NCBI RefSeq assembly: GCF_964355755.1
Contig: NC_092672.1
Span: 25,364,437-25,428,436, forward strand
DNA length: 64,000 bases
Direction of reading: 5' to 3'
Origin: Antedon mediterranea
Taxonomy: Eukaryota > Animalia > Echinodermata
Shown: piece by piece, positions 25,860-37,148 of the stretch
How the letters are laid out: the number at the start of each line of letters is the position of its first letter
Numbering within the stretch: the first letter of the stretch is position 1
Program-made: the position numbers and the translations under genes
Notes under the pieces: generated by a model
What the model saw: the letters and a program-made list of their open reading frames with translations, nothing else
The model's database searches: none
What the model was told of the DNA's origin: nothing

Positions 25860-26294
25860 TGTTACGGGCTTCGCATGAGTCCGAGCGGTTTGCTTATATA
25901 GTCATATAGGAGAAACGTCCGAGCGGTTTAATATTTAAAGTTATCAGACAAAGATGAACATCAAAAATGCAGTAAAGTTAAAGTAAAAGTATATTTCTTT
26001 AATGAACAGGCGCTCTTGCTGGCCTGTGTCTGTTCACCTTCATACCAAAACTAAAACTAAACTTAAAACATATCATCTTAACTATTTAAAAAACCCACCC
26101 TTACTTCTGATTGGCCAACAATATTCCAAGTAGTTTGATAAGTTAGCCTTTTTCAAAAATTGAGACAAAATTACCGTTAACTTTGTCTGGGGCTTTTTTT
26201 CTAGGCCACATGGTACCATATGATATGTATAACTGTAAGAGGAGTAACTAAAGGTTACTGGATAATAACCTCTTTAGCATGAGTTATTATCACA
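25860..26294 (-). repeat. 5' LTR
   Basis: Direct repeat of 19626-20060. Confidence 0.95.
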
Positions 26295-27815
26295 AAATTG
26301 TTCGAAATATACATATTTACATTCATTGTAATAGAAAATGTGGTTAAAAGATGAACAGAAATACTATTACTAATGTTTCAAACAAAAACCATATCTCTAC
26401 ATAACTTATCCTTAGACAGTAATGTTATGCAATAAATGATACTTTAAATTGTTTCAATTTCAAGTACTAGTTATTGCTGTCCCCAAGAACATTTTGATAT
26501 AAACGTCAAGCTCAACAGTTCTTTTCAGAATGCTAGAAGTAACTTGCCATGTGTATCCGATTAAACACCCCGGGCATTTATTGTTCAAAAGGGTTTTTAG
26601 GGGGAGGGGAGGCATCTTTATGTATAATCAAATAAATACCACCTAGATGTAAAAAAATACAGCACAATTAATATCAAAAAATGATAAAATTATTTCAAAA
26701 TGCTTGGTAAATTGTAGATTATGGTAGTTAATGAAATGTGTTGTGATGCAATTATTGTGTAAATGCATGTGGCGAGCGTATTCGATTCCACATGATGTTC
26801 TATTGGAGGGAATGGTGGCGTTTATTTGAGGGAGGCTTTTTTTCAAAGCGGGTTTTAATTCGAATAAATACTCTAATTTTAATAATTATAATTCGTTTCT
26901 CAACTGATAAAAGGTGCTTTACATGATTCGTTTTCTTTTTTTATGCATTTTAACGAAATGTTTCTGTCTTTTAGAATAAAAGTGACACTCATAGATAACA
27001 TTAAATGGATCTTCTCCTCCAGGTGCCAGTATAATGATATAAAACAATGACATATCATTATCCTGACACGATTGCACTCATAATGGATCTTCATTCTATT
27101 ATCATCTGTTTGTTTGTGACTACAATTTGACAACAATCTTTTGCATATTTTTAAATGCCAATACATAGTTTCATTACTATTTTACAATATGTCCAGTTTT
27201 CCTGAAAACACACTTGTGTACTGTAGTATAGTGTTGTAGTATGATTTTATCATGATAACTTTTGATGCTTTTATTGTCAATGCATTCAGTACCTAAAACA
27301 TGTCAAAGTTTCTAGTGGTATTGATAATAAATCTCCAGAAACATATTTGTTTTATTATCTACACTGGGAACAGACGTGTATAATATACCATTCAAAAATA
27401 TTATGCAACAGTGTTACGGAATAATGACAATGAATTGGTCTATTATAGTTGTCTCTGATTGTACTTGCACCAGGATAGAATGAGGTTTAATCCAGTTATT
27501 ATTCTTATTATATTAATTAATTTTTGTTATCTGGGGTGTATTTATTTGATTATACATGTTACCATTATTACACCCAATCAAAATAAACGCCTTCCCTGAA
27601 TAAATAATTCGGGTAAGTATGGTACTGTAAGTTACTTCTAGCATTCTTAACTGTTGAGCTCGAGTATTTATTCGAATTAACACCCGCTTTGAATAAAAGC
27701 CTCCCTCAAATAAACGCCACCATTCTCTCCAATAGAACACCATGTGGAATAAACGCTCCGCCACATGCATTTACAAAATAATTGTATCACAACACATTTC
27801 ATTAACTACCATAAT

Positions 27816-28410
27816 TTTTATTTATTTTATTTTATTTTATTCAAACTCATTCAACAGCGGGAAACCCGCCCCTTACAGAATGGAATAAACTATACCATAT
27901 AAAAATATATAAAAATCTTAAAATCTAGCAACACAAATTTATACAATTTTACTAATTTTATTACAAAAACAATTATAACGGTCAAAAAAGAGATCAATAG
28001 AATTATCTTTAACAACACAATTATTAAAAAGAAGACAAATACGTGAAATAAATCCATTCTTGGTAACATTAACACGACAATACGGCACATAAAGAAGATT
28101 ACATTTGGAATTACGAGTACGACAACCAACAGCTTTAACATGAAAGGAAAACAAGGAGATAAAATTACAATTGAAACGGGAATTCATACATTTATACAAA
28201 AACTGAAGATCGAACACAGAACGACGAGAGACAAGCGAAGGAAGAGAGACAGACAAAGGAGGACAGTGACAAGTAGAATACACAAAACGAACAAAACGAT
28301 CTTGGACTCTTTGAAGACGGGTACTATGAACAGACGAAAACGAATTAGACACAACACTACAGTATTCAAGATGGGGACAGACAAGAGAAACATATAAATT
28401 TATTAAAGTA
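27816..28410 (-). mobile_element. 5'-truncated LINE 3' fragment with (TAAAA)n tail, inserted in the right TIR arm
   Basis: Minus strand reads PHLEYCSVV and RLQRVQDRFVRF...RRSVFDLQFLYK; (TTTTA)n at 27816-27842. The flanks rejoin as CCATAATCTACAATTTACC, matching the left arm at ~26700-26730. Confidence 0.8.
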
Positions 28411-29550
28411 TTAATCTACAATTTACCAAGCATTTTGACATAATTTTATCATTTTTTAATATTAATTGTGCTGTATTCTTTTACATCTAGGTGGTATTTA
28501 TTTGATTATACATGTTACCATATTATACCCCAAATGAAGATGCCTCCCCTGCCTCTAAAAAACCCTTTGAACAATAAATTCCCGGGGCCTTTAATCGGAT
28601 ACACATGGCAATTCTGAAAAGAACTGTTGAGCTTGACGTTTATATCAAAATGTTCTCGTGGACAGCAATAACTAGTACTTGAAATTGAAACAATTTAAAG
28701 TATCAGTTATTGCATAACACTGTCTAAGGATAAGTTGTGTAGAGATATGTTTTTTGTTTGAAACATTACTAATAGTATTTTCTGTTCATCTTTTAACCAC
28801 ATTTTCTATTACAATGAATGTAAATATGTATATTTCGAACAATTTGATACCAAATTTAAGTTTCTACGACCAGTACTTACAGAGATATGAAGATGTATGG
28901 TATGTGGGTCAAAGGTCAGAAATGGAATTTCTGATCATTTTTTTACTAAAATGCCCCATTAGACGGAATATAAATGCATGCCTTCTGAATATTTTGAGAC
29001 CAAAATTGACTTGCTACGACCAGTGGTTGCCGAGATACAAGTACCTTTAATTATTTGTTCATATAACCCTTGACCCTGACCCTTTGACCTTTTGTAAAAT
29101 TTTTCAAAATGTATAACAAATAACAAAATATATATTTCAAACAATTTAAAACCAAATTCAAGTGTCTACGACCAGTAGTTACGGAGATAAATACATGCCC
29201 TGGATTGTGGGTCAAAGGTCAGAAATGACATTTTCGGTCATTTTTAACTAAAATGTCCCATTAGACTGAATATAAATGTATACCTTCTAATCAATTTGAG
29301 ACCAAAATTACTTCGCTGTGACCAGTGGTTGTTGAGATTTAATGACATATTGGTGTTTGGTCTTATGACCCTTCACCCTGACCTTTTGATCTTTCGCCAC
29401 ATCTTCAAAATGTGTAACCAAGCCAAAAATGATTGTTTGACCACCCTAAACCAATTTCTGAAGTCAAATTCTCTGGACCTCAAAGTGCATACGAAAGTTG
29501 ATCTAGCTACTAGAGTAAATTCTATCGTTGTTCATTTTTTTCCTAAGCAG

Positions 29551-29770
29551 TTGATGGCAAGGAAAAACATCGAGGGAAACGTTTTTTTTTTCGATACGTG
29601 AGGTAATTAAAATGTGCTGAATATTATGAAGGCGATTGGAGATTGTTTCCATTGTCGCTTAAAGTGGCAACGGAAAGTGTGGTAACTCATTGCAGTGTTT
29701 TAAATTTATTTCCACAATATAATAACATATATACAGGATAAAATCAGTGTTATGCTGAATAATTTAGACA
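29551..29770 (+). pseudogene. Probable degenerate last FReD exon of copy 2
   Basis: Pyrimidine tract + AAGCAG acceptor. Phase-1 reading (V)DGKEKHRGKRF, then KCAEYYEGDW, resembling FReD D...H.G..FST and CA..Y.GGWW. Frameshifted; end approximate. Confidence 0.5.
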
Positions 29771-30625
29771 AAACAATCTGTGATCGTCACACATCAACAC
29801 GGAGCGTACAAAGACTATAAACATTTATTCTCTGTAAGCGCTTCATAACCCAATTTATCATGTGACTAAAAATGCAATGAACTGAAAGCAGAAATGTGTT
29901 TTATTCAATAATCCATGTATTTACCAATAGGTTATTGCTATTATGACAAATTATAGATAGAATTGGCCATAGTTATTGGAATTAATTAGTCTAATTGCTT
30001 GAAAACCAATCCATACTTGTTATGTTCTATCTGTATCAAATTCAGATCGTCCGGATGAAAGAATATTCTATTTATTATTTACAGCCTGCGTGACATGAAT
30101 TTTTTTAAATTGTATATTGATGTAAAATGTATTAATTAATTTTCTACACTTTTTGTGCTGCACCTCATGATTAATTTATCTTAGAGTCCTACGTGAAAAT
30201 AACAATAACAATTTAATTATTGTATTTTCATATAAAAATTTGTCTATTCTGCAATGTTTTATTAGTTCCTGTTATATTGCAATTTAATTAAAACTGCAAG
30301 AATAAATTAATTATAAAAACAGGAAAATAATAACACAGCGTGATGTATTGTACAAGATAATAATGATAGCACTACTTAATTAATATTTATTACGCGTGCG
30401 TGCCGAAATGTGCGTCAGTAAAATAAATTTGCAAACTGTTCTCATCAAAATCATCGGTTGGTGTAAACCATTTTTAAAGTCATGATTATAATATTCATGT
30501 TGATGTAAGTTATAAGAACTCTAAATAAATTACATCTTTACCAATTTGAAGCCATTTTGCATTACAGTAACATTATTAACTGTGTGTTAGCAGTAATGAT
30601 CAGATCAGGAGGACAACATTTCGAC

Positions 30626-30698
30626 ATGTTTTACGGATTCAATCTGATCATTATCATCGGTATCTTTATACTAATCTGTATCATTTCAACCACATCAG
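30626..30698 (+). CDS. Putative first exon encoding a signal peptide (MFYGFNLIIIIGIFILICIISTTS)
   Basis: ATG in a GACATG context, 24 mostly hydrophobic codons, then a consensus phase-1 donor CAG|GTAAGA. Confidence 0.5.
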
Positions 30699-32117
30699 GT
30701 AAGAATGCAAGCAATTGTTAACAGAAATTTGCCGAGGCATCGAAAATAATATTCATTCATTCAGGCTTATCGCCTGACTTTATTTACTTTAGGCCTCTGG
30801 CCCCTAGTTATTAACAAAATAATAATTACATTGAAAAATAAAGCAATTTATGGTCACAAGATAAATGAATTAATTAATTTTGCTCTCTAAGCAAAACATA
30901 TATCTTAACTTATAAGGATGATAAATATATTTAGATAGATTATCAATAATTATTGGATCCTGTGATGATATTAAACGGTAGAATTTAAAAGTATTTGGAT
31001 TTTCAAAAAATAAAGAAGGTATAAATTTTTTTCTGATTTCCTTGTAACGAGAGCAAACCGTAATAAAATGATATTCATCTTCAACTTTATTTACATTACA
31101 TATTTTACATAGCCTATTGCTGGACTCTATTCTTTTCCATCTTTCCTTTTCTACCTCTAGTTGAAGTGTGCCCAGTCTTAGTTGACTTAAAGCTCGCTTA
31201 TATCTATTATCAAGGGTCTGTAGTAAGTATCCATCTACTCCGAAATTGTTTTTGAACATTTTATAATATCTTAATTTTGAAGAAATATTTATGCTTTCAT
31301 GAAAGGATTGGCGTTCCATATCGGTTAGCTTTTCTTTTATTTTATTAATTATATAAATTTATCAAGGACATGTGAAAACCATAATATGGTCATGGAAGCA
31401 TATTATGCTTCCATGACCAATAGAGCATAACATATGTTTTACATCGCTTACCCAACAATTACTATTATTTGGCGCTTTGTGAAGTTGAGATTTATAACAT
31501 TTCTTTGCATATTTGTCCTCGTTCATATTTACTAGTCTTACCCAATAACGGATAACATTGAGTACACTTTCGATTGATAAAGAGAATCGTCCACATTCTC
31601 CTATAATTGAAACATTTGCGGCTGATTTCTCGACACCTAAAACATATCTACAGAAATTATTTTGAATATCATCAATTTTTTGGTTGTTTAGTTTTCCCCA
31701 TATTTCGCTACCATACAGTATAATTGGGTTTATTTTAACATCAAATAAGCAGTTCCAAATATTCACTGGTAGATGACCATATTTCTGATATACTATATTT
31801 TTGAGTGAGAAAAGTGCTTTATTAGTCTGTGTATTATTTTGTTCTCTGGCCTTTTCCCAATTTTTTTTATGCATTGACGATCAAACCATGTATTCTTAGG
31901 ATTTTTTTTGCATTTTTTTTTGTAATTTTGTTTGTTTTTTTTGTATTCTAAAGTTCTATAAAGTAATTAGGGATTCATCAATATCCTTTTTTTTAATATT
32001 TTCATTAATATCATCAAGAAATTTGAAAATGTGTTCATCATTAGGTGATCATTTAGAATAAAATGATCACCTATTGTTATTGTACAAAATCTTTATTATT
32101 ATTGTTATTATTATTAT

Positions 32118-32330
32118 TGGTTATCCGCCTCAAGCGGATAACCTTCGTTATTGTAGTGTTTCTTTTTGGTTATCCGCCTCAAGCGGATAAGCCCTTGGAA
32201 TTGTAGTGTTTCTTTTTTTTTATTGGTTATCCGCCTCAAGCGGATAAGCCCTTGGAATTGTAGTGTTACTTTTTGGTTATCCGCCTCAAGCGGATAAGAA
32301 TTTGTTATTGTAGTGTTACTTTTTTTTTTT
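32118..32330 (+). repeat. Four stacked family-A 5' heads (~32118, 32167, 32224, 32274)
   Basis: TGGTTATCCGC-CTCAA-GCGGATAA hairpin + TTGTAGTGTT + T-tract, repeated four times with variants. Confidence 0.92.
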
Positions 32331-33836
32331 TTTTATTATTCTTCTTTCTTTCTCAGATTTTGTGTACGCGTTTTCCCTTGAACATGTTAACGTAACGTGT
32401 TGTAACTTGGTCAACATATTGACAATTAACTGAAGATGTACTGCCAAGCTTTTTGACAATGTCAGATCCGCGTAGCGTAAGTTACGCGCGATTTTCTGAA
32501 AATCTTAAATCGGTCATAACTTCGAAACCGATAAATATTTTTTAACGAAATTTTCAGCCACGTTTTCTTCACATCAATGGCTAACTTTTGGAATGTTTAA
32601 CAAATTTTTGGAGATTAGAAAGTTTTCGCGTAAATTGCGTTTGAAATATTTTACTCTTCTTATTTTGTGCACGCTGTTTCTCTTCAACGTGTAAACATAA
32701 TATGTTGTAACTTGTTCAGCATTTAGACATTTTACTGAAGTTGTCCAGGCAAGCTTTTTGACGATGTCAGAGCCGCGTAGCGTAAGTTACGCGTGATTTT
32801 CTGAAAATCTTAAATTGGTTATAACTTCGAAACAAATGAATATTTTTTAACGTCATTTTCCGCCACGTTTGCTTCTCATCAATAGTTAACTTTTTTAACG
32901 CTACCGCAATTTGTAACATTAGAAAGTTCGCGCGTAAATGGCGTTTGAAATTTTAAAATGCTTCAAATCAATTTCTGATTAAATTAGAGCACGATTCAGG
33001 TCATTTTAAGCGTTAAAAAAATTGCCACTGGTGCGCACATTTTTACGCGCGCACGACGCAGGGAACACGTATGAACATTTCTTTTGCACGATTTGTGTTT
33101 TTAAATCTTCGGTTAACAATTTTACGTTATTTTATTCACTTTTCAACTTGAAAACGAGCACGTTAAACATAACAGGTTGCGCACGAAAACGTCAACAAAT
33201 TGTGAAAATGTTGCAAAATATGTCTACTTTTAAAAATGAAACATTTCATCAGAATGCAAGGTTACCCCCATTTTTTATTTTATTTTCTTGCAGTGTATTA
33301 ATCATAGGTCTAATTTATTATAGTCTTGAATGTTAAAAAGTGTTTGATAGCTACATTATTTGCATATTAAATGTAATTTTTGAAATAATTATCATCAAAC
33401 TAACATAAACATATTCAAAGAGTAAAACAATATACATAACGTTTATCTTTTTTCTTTACATGTTAATATATAAAACTTGAAAGTATGCACTTTCATAATG
33501 TGTAACTGTTTAAAATTTGTGAAGATTTCATCATAGTAAAAATTATGATTTAAGTTTGATATGTAATAATCAACTTGCATCGAGGGGGTTCACGACATAC
33601 CGAATGAACGAGGACTCTTTCTTCGGATTTTCTTCAGCAGGTGCTCATATGGCTCGATGTGTAGTGCAACCGACTTTGGTATCAGAGGTACCAGGATCGA
33701 ATCCCATCACGGGAAAGCAATTAAATAAAAAGATTTGTTTGGTTTACACTGAAAGGACAGTTTTAATTTTGAATAGATATGTTTTGTTGCGGGCGGATAA
33801 CCAAACTCGTCCTCAAGTGACGAGTTTAGATCTAGT
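32274..33836 (+). mobile_element. HINE family A element (~1.6 kb)
   Basis: Head, two tandem ~300-bp core units, a tRNA-like segment (~33643-33714), subTIR GCGGATAACCAA, hairpin AAACTCGTC-CTCAAGT-GACGAGTTT, end AGATCTAGT. Confidence 0.85.
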
Positions 33837-33909
33837 TGGCGGAGGCGGGTAGGAGGCGGATAACCTTTGTTATTGTAGTGTTACTTTTTTTTTTTTTTTT
33901 TTTTTTTAT

Positions 33910-35536
33910 TGGTTATCCGCCTCAAGCGGATAACCTTTGTTATTGTAGTGTTACTTTTTTTTTTTTTTTTTTTTTTTATTATTCTTCTTTCTTTCTCGGA
34001 TTTTGTGCACGCGTTTTCTCTTTAACGTGTTAACATAACATGTTGTAACTTCGTCAACATATAGACATTTAACTGAAGATGTACTGCCAAGCTTTTTGAC
34101 AATGTCAGATCCGCGTAGCGTAATTACGCGCGATTTTCTGAAAATCTTAAATCAGTCATAACTTCGAAACCGATAAATATTTTTTAACGAAATTTTCAGC
34201 CACGTGTTCTTCACATCAATGGCTAACTTTTGGAATGTTTAACAAATTTTTGGAGATTAGAAAGTTTTCGCGTAAATTGCGTTTGAAATATTTTACTCTT
34301 CTTATTTTGTGCACGCTGTTTCTCTTCAACGTGTAAACATAATATGTTGTAACTTGTTGAGCATTTAGACATTTTACTGAAGTTGTCCGGCCAAGCTTTT
34401 TGACGATGTCAGAGCCGCGTAGCGTAAGTTACGCGTGATTTTCTGAAAATCTTAAATTGGTTATAACTTCGAAACAAATGAATATTTGTTAACGTCATTT
34501 TCAGCCACGTTTGCTTCTCATCAATAGTTAACTTTTTTAACGCTACCGCAATTTGTAACATTAGAAAGTGCGCGCGTAAATGGCGTTTGAAATTTTAAAA
34601 TGCTTCAAATCAATTTCTGATTAAATTAGAGCATGATTCAGGTCATTTTAAGCGTTGTAAAAATTGCCACTGGTGCGCACATTTTTACGCGCGCACGGCG
34701 CAGGGAACACGTATGAACATTTCTTTTGCACGATTTGTGTTTTTAAATCTTCGGTTAACAATTTTACGTTATTTTATTCACTTTTCAACTTGAAATGGCG
34801 TTCTACGAGCACGTTAAACATGACAGGTTGCGCACGAAAACGTCAACAAATTGTGAAAATGTTGCAAAATATGTTTACTTTTAAAAATGAAACAGTTCAT
34901 CAGAATGCAAGGTTACCCCAATTTTTTATTTTATTTTCTTGCAGTGTATTAATCATAGGTCTAATTTATTATAGTCTTGAATGTTAAAAAGTGTTTGATA
35001 GCTACATTATTTGCATATTAAATGTAATTTTTGAAATAATTATCATCAAACTAACATAAACATATTCAAAGAGTAAAACAATATACATAACGTTTATCTT
35101 TTTTCTTTACATGTTAATATATAAAACTTGAAAGTATGCACTTTCATAATATGTAACTGTTTAAAATTTGTGAAGATTTCATCATAGTACAAATTATGAT
35201 TTAAGTTCGATATGTAATAATCAACTTGCATCGAGGGGGTTCACGACATACCGAATGAACGAGGACTCTTTCTTCGGATTTTCTTCAGCAGGTGCTCATA
35301 TGGTTCGATGTGTAGTGCAACCGACTTTGGTATCAGAGGTACCGGGATCGAATCCCATCACGGGAAAGCGATTAAATAAAAAGATTTGTTTGGTTAATAC
35401 ACTGAAAGGGCAGTTTTAATTTTGAATAGGCTACTTTTTGGAAAAGTCACAACTGAAAAGTACTTGAATGCGCAAGATATGTTTTGTTGCGGGCGGATAA
35501 CCAAACTCGTCCTCAAGTGACGAGTTTAGATCTAGT
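33910..35536 (+). mobile_element. HINE family A element, complete
   Basis: Same head, body and 3' hairpin as 32274-33836; nearly identical to 44639-46259. Confidence 0.85.
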
Positions 35537-35730
35537 TAGGTTATATGCATGATATGCATATAACCTCTTGATTCTGTCAAAATCTTTATTTATTTATTTA
35601 TTAGGTTATATGCATTATCATGCATATAACCTCTTGATTCTGTCAAAATCTTTATTAGGTTATATGCATGATATGCATATAACCTCTTGATTCTGTCAAA
35701 ATCTTTATTTATTTATTTATTTATTTATTT
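35537..35730 (+). repeat. Three stacked family-B 5' heads (~35537, 35602, 35656)
   Basis: TAGGTTATATGCAT..ATGCATATAACCT hairpin + CTTGATTCTGTCAAAATC + (TTTA)n, three times. Confidence 0.92.
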
Positions 35731-37144
35731 ATTCTTTCCTTAGCACTATTTTGTCCGTGCATTATCTTGGCATCAGTTTAATCTAGCTAAGTCAAGTTTT
35801 CAGAGTATATTCCTTATGGCCAGGAATCGATGTGGTTATATTTTCACGATGCGTAATCAAAAATTACGCGGTCTACGCGCGATTTTACGAAATCACGTTT
35901 GTAATCATATCTTCACAAGCATGAATCACAATTAAACAAAATTTGGTACTCATAAATTTCAGGTCATATTTCATCATATGGCAATACAATTACGTGCGTA
36001 GCGCATATAACGCTTGCGTACGCGCGCTTAAAATGTTCAAAATTGTCAAAATTTATTTTCGATGAAATTAGAGTACGTTTCAGGCAATTTTAAGCGTTTA
36101 AAAAATTGCCATGAGTGCGCAAATTTTTGCACGCGCACTGCGCGTTAAACGTTAATGCGCACTCTTTTTGCCCGATTTCTGTTTTACAATCTTTCTTTAA
36201 TAATATCATCATATTTGATTCAGGTTTCAACTCGGAATTGCGTTATACGAGCACGTCAAAAGTGATTGGCTACGCACGTATAAGTTAACAAAATGGTGAA
36301 AATATGCTAAATTTTTAAATTAATATATATCGTCAGAATGCAGGGGAACACCTATTTTTTATTTCATTTTCTTGAAGTGTATGTATCATATGTATGATTT
36401 ATTATCAAATTAAGAGAACCAAAGTTGATTAAGTCATCATTAATTGCATATTAAATTTAAAAAAAATAATTTCGACAATCAAACAAATTATGACATTTTC
36501 TTAGGCCAAAATAACAAACTTAACATTAACTTTCTTCCTTCAAAAGTTCATATATTAAAGTTAAAAGTATGTAGTTTGACAGTGCATCATTTGTTTACAT
36601 TTTAAAGATGTCATCATAGTAAAAAATTATAATTCATTTCGGTATGTAATAATCTATTTGCATCAAAGTGGTTACTGCATAGTAAATACACGGAGGAATC
36701 TTTCTACAAATTTTAGTCAGTTGTGTATGGCTCGGTGGTCTGTGCTCGTGTCTATGGCATTCAAGGTACCGAGATCGAGTCTCACCTTGGGAAACGAAAT
36801 AAGATTTTTTTTTTATTATCCGTATTGTTTGTTCAAATTTATTTCTTAGTGTATAGATTATACACATGATTTATAATGAAATCTAGATAAAAATTAACTT
36901 ATGTCTTTATTATTATGTAACAACAAATGTGGTTTATGACATTATACGCATATGGATCTTTGATCGGATTGTGATACCGGCTATGGTGTTCGCGTTAGCA
37001 AGGTACTAGGTCCTATCATATATTATAAATAATTAAAGATTCTGAGAAAATCAATCAATCAATATATCTTTAAAAAATCAATTATCTTTATTTAAATCAA
37101 TGCATATAACCTATAATTCGTCATAGTGACGAATTAAATCTAGT
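35656..37144 (+). mobile_element. HINE family B element (~1.5 kb)
   Basis: Head, body with a tRNA-like segment (~36720-36795), subTIR ATGCATATAACCTA, hairpin TAATTCGTCA-TAG-TGACGAATTA, end AATCTAGT. Confidence 0.85.
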
Positions 37145-37148
37145 TTAT

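Larger units (their letters stand above)
19626..26294 (-). mobile_element. Full-length Gmr1-like Ty3/Gypsy LTR retrotransposon
   Basis: Two 435-bp TG...CA LTRs, 5-bp TSD AAATT (19621-19625, 26295-26299), PBS, PPT, and gag-PR and INT-RT-RH ORFs. Confidence 0.95.
18950..29517. mobile_element. Long-TIR (foldback) DNA element, probably Academ-type, hosting the Gypsy and a LINE fragment
   Basis: TACTCTAGTAGCTAGATC...GATCTAGCTACTAGAGTA termini and 3-bp TSD AAT (18947-18949, 29518-29520). Arms of ~1.2 kb: 18950-19625 + 26300-26870 versus 27660-27815 + 28410-29517. Repeated TGACCTTTGACC motifs. Confidence 0.8.

Noticed and set aside
18935-29601. Paired ORFs MRPKL.RCDQWL... at 18935 (-) and 29296 (+)
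   Set aside because: Mirror images arising from the TIR arms; no coding features.
32118-32330. CRISPR-like array of palindromic repeats (also 35537-35730)
   Set aside because: The 'spacers' are homologous to each other, there are no cas genes, the context is eukaryotic, and the repeats are the 5' termini of HINE elements.
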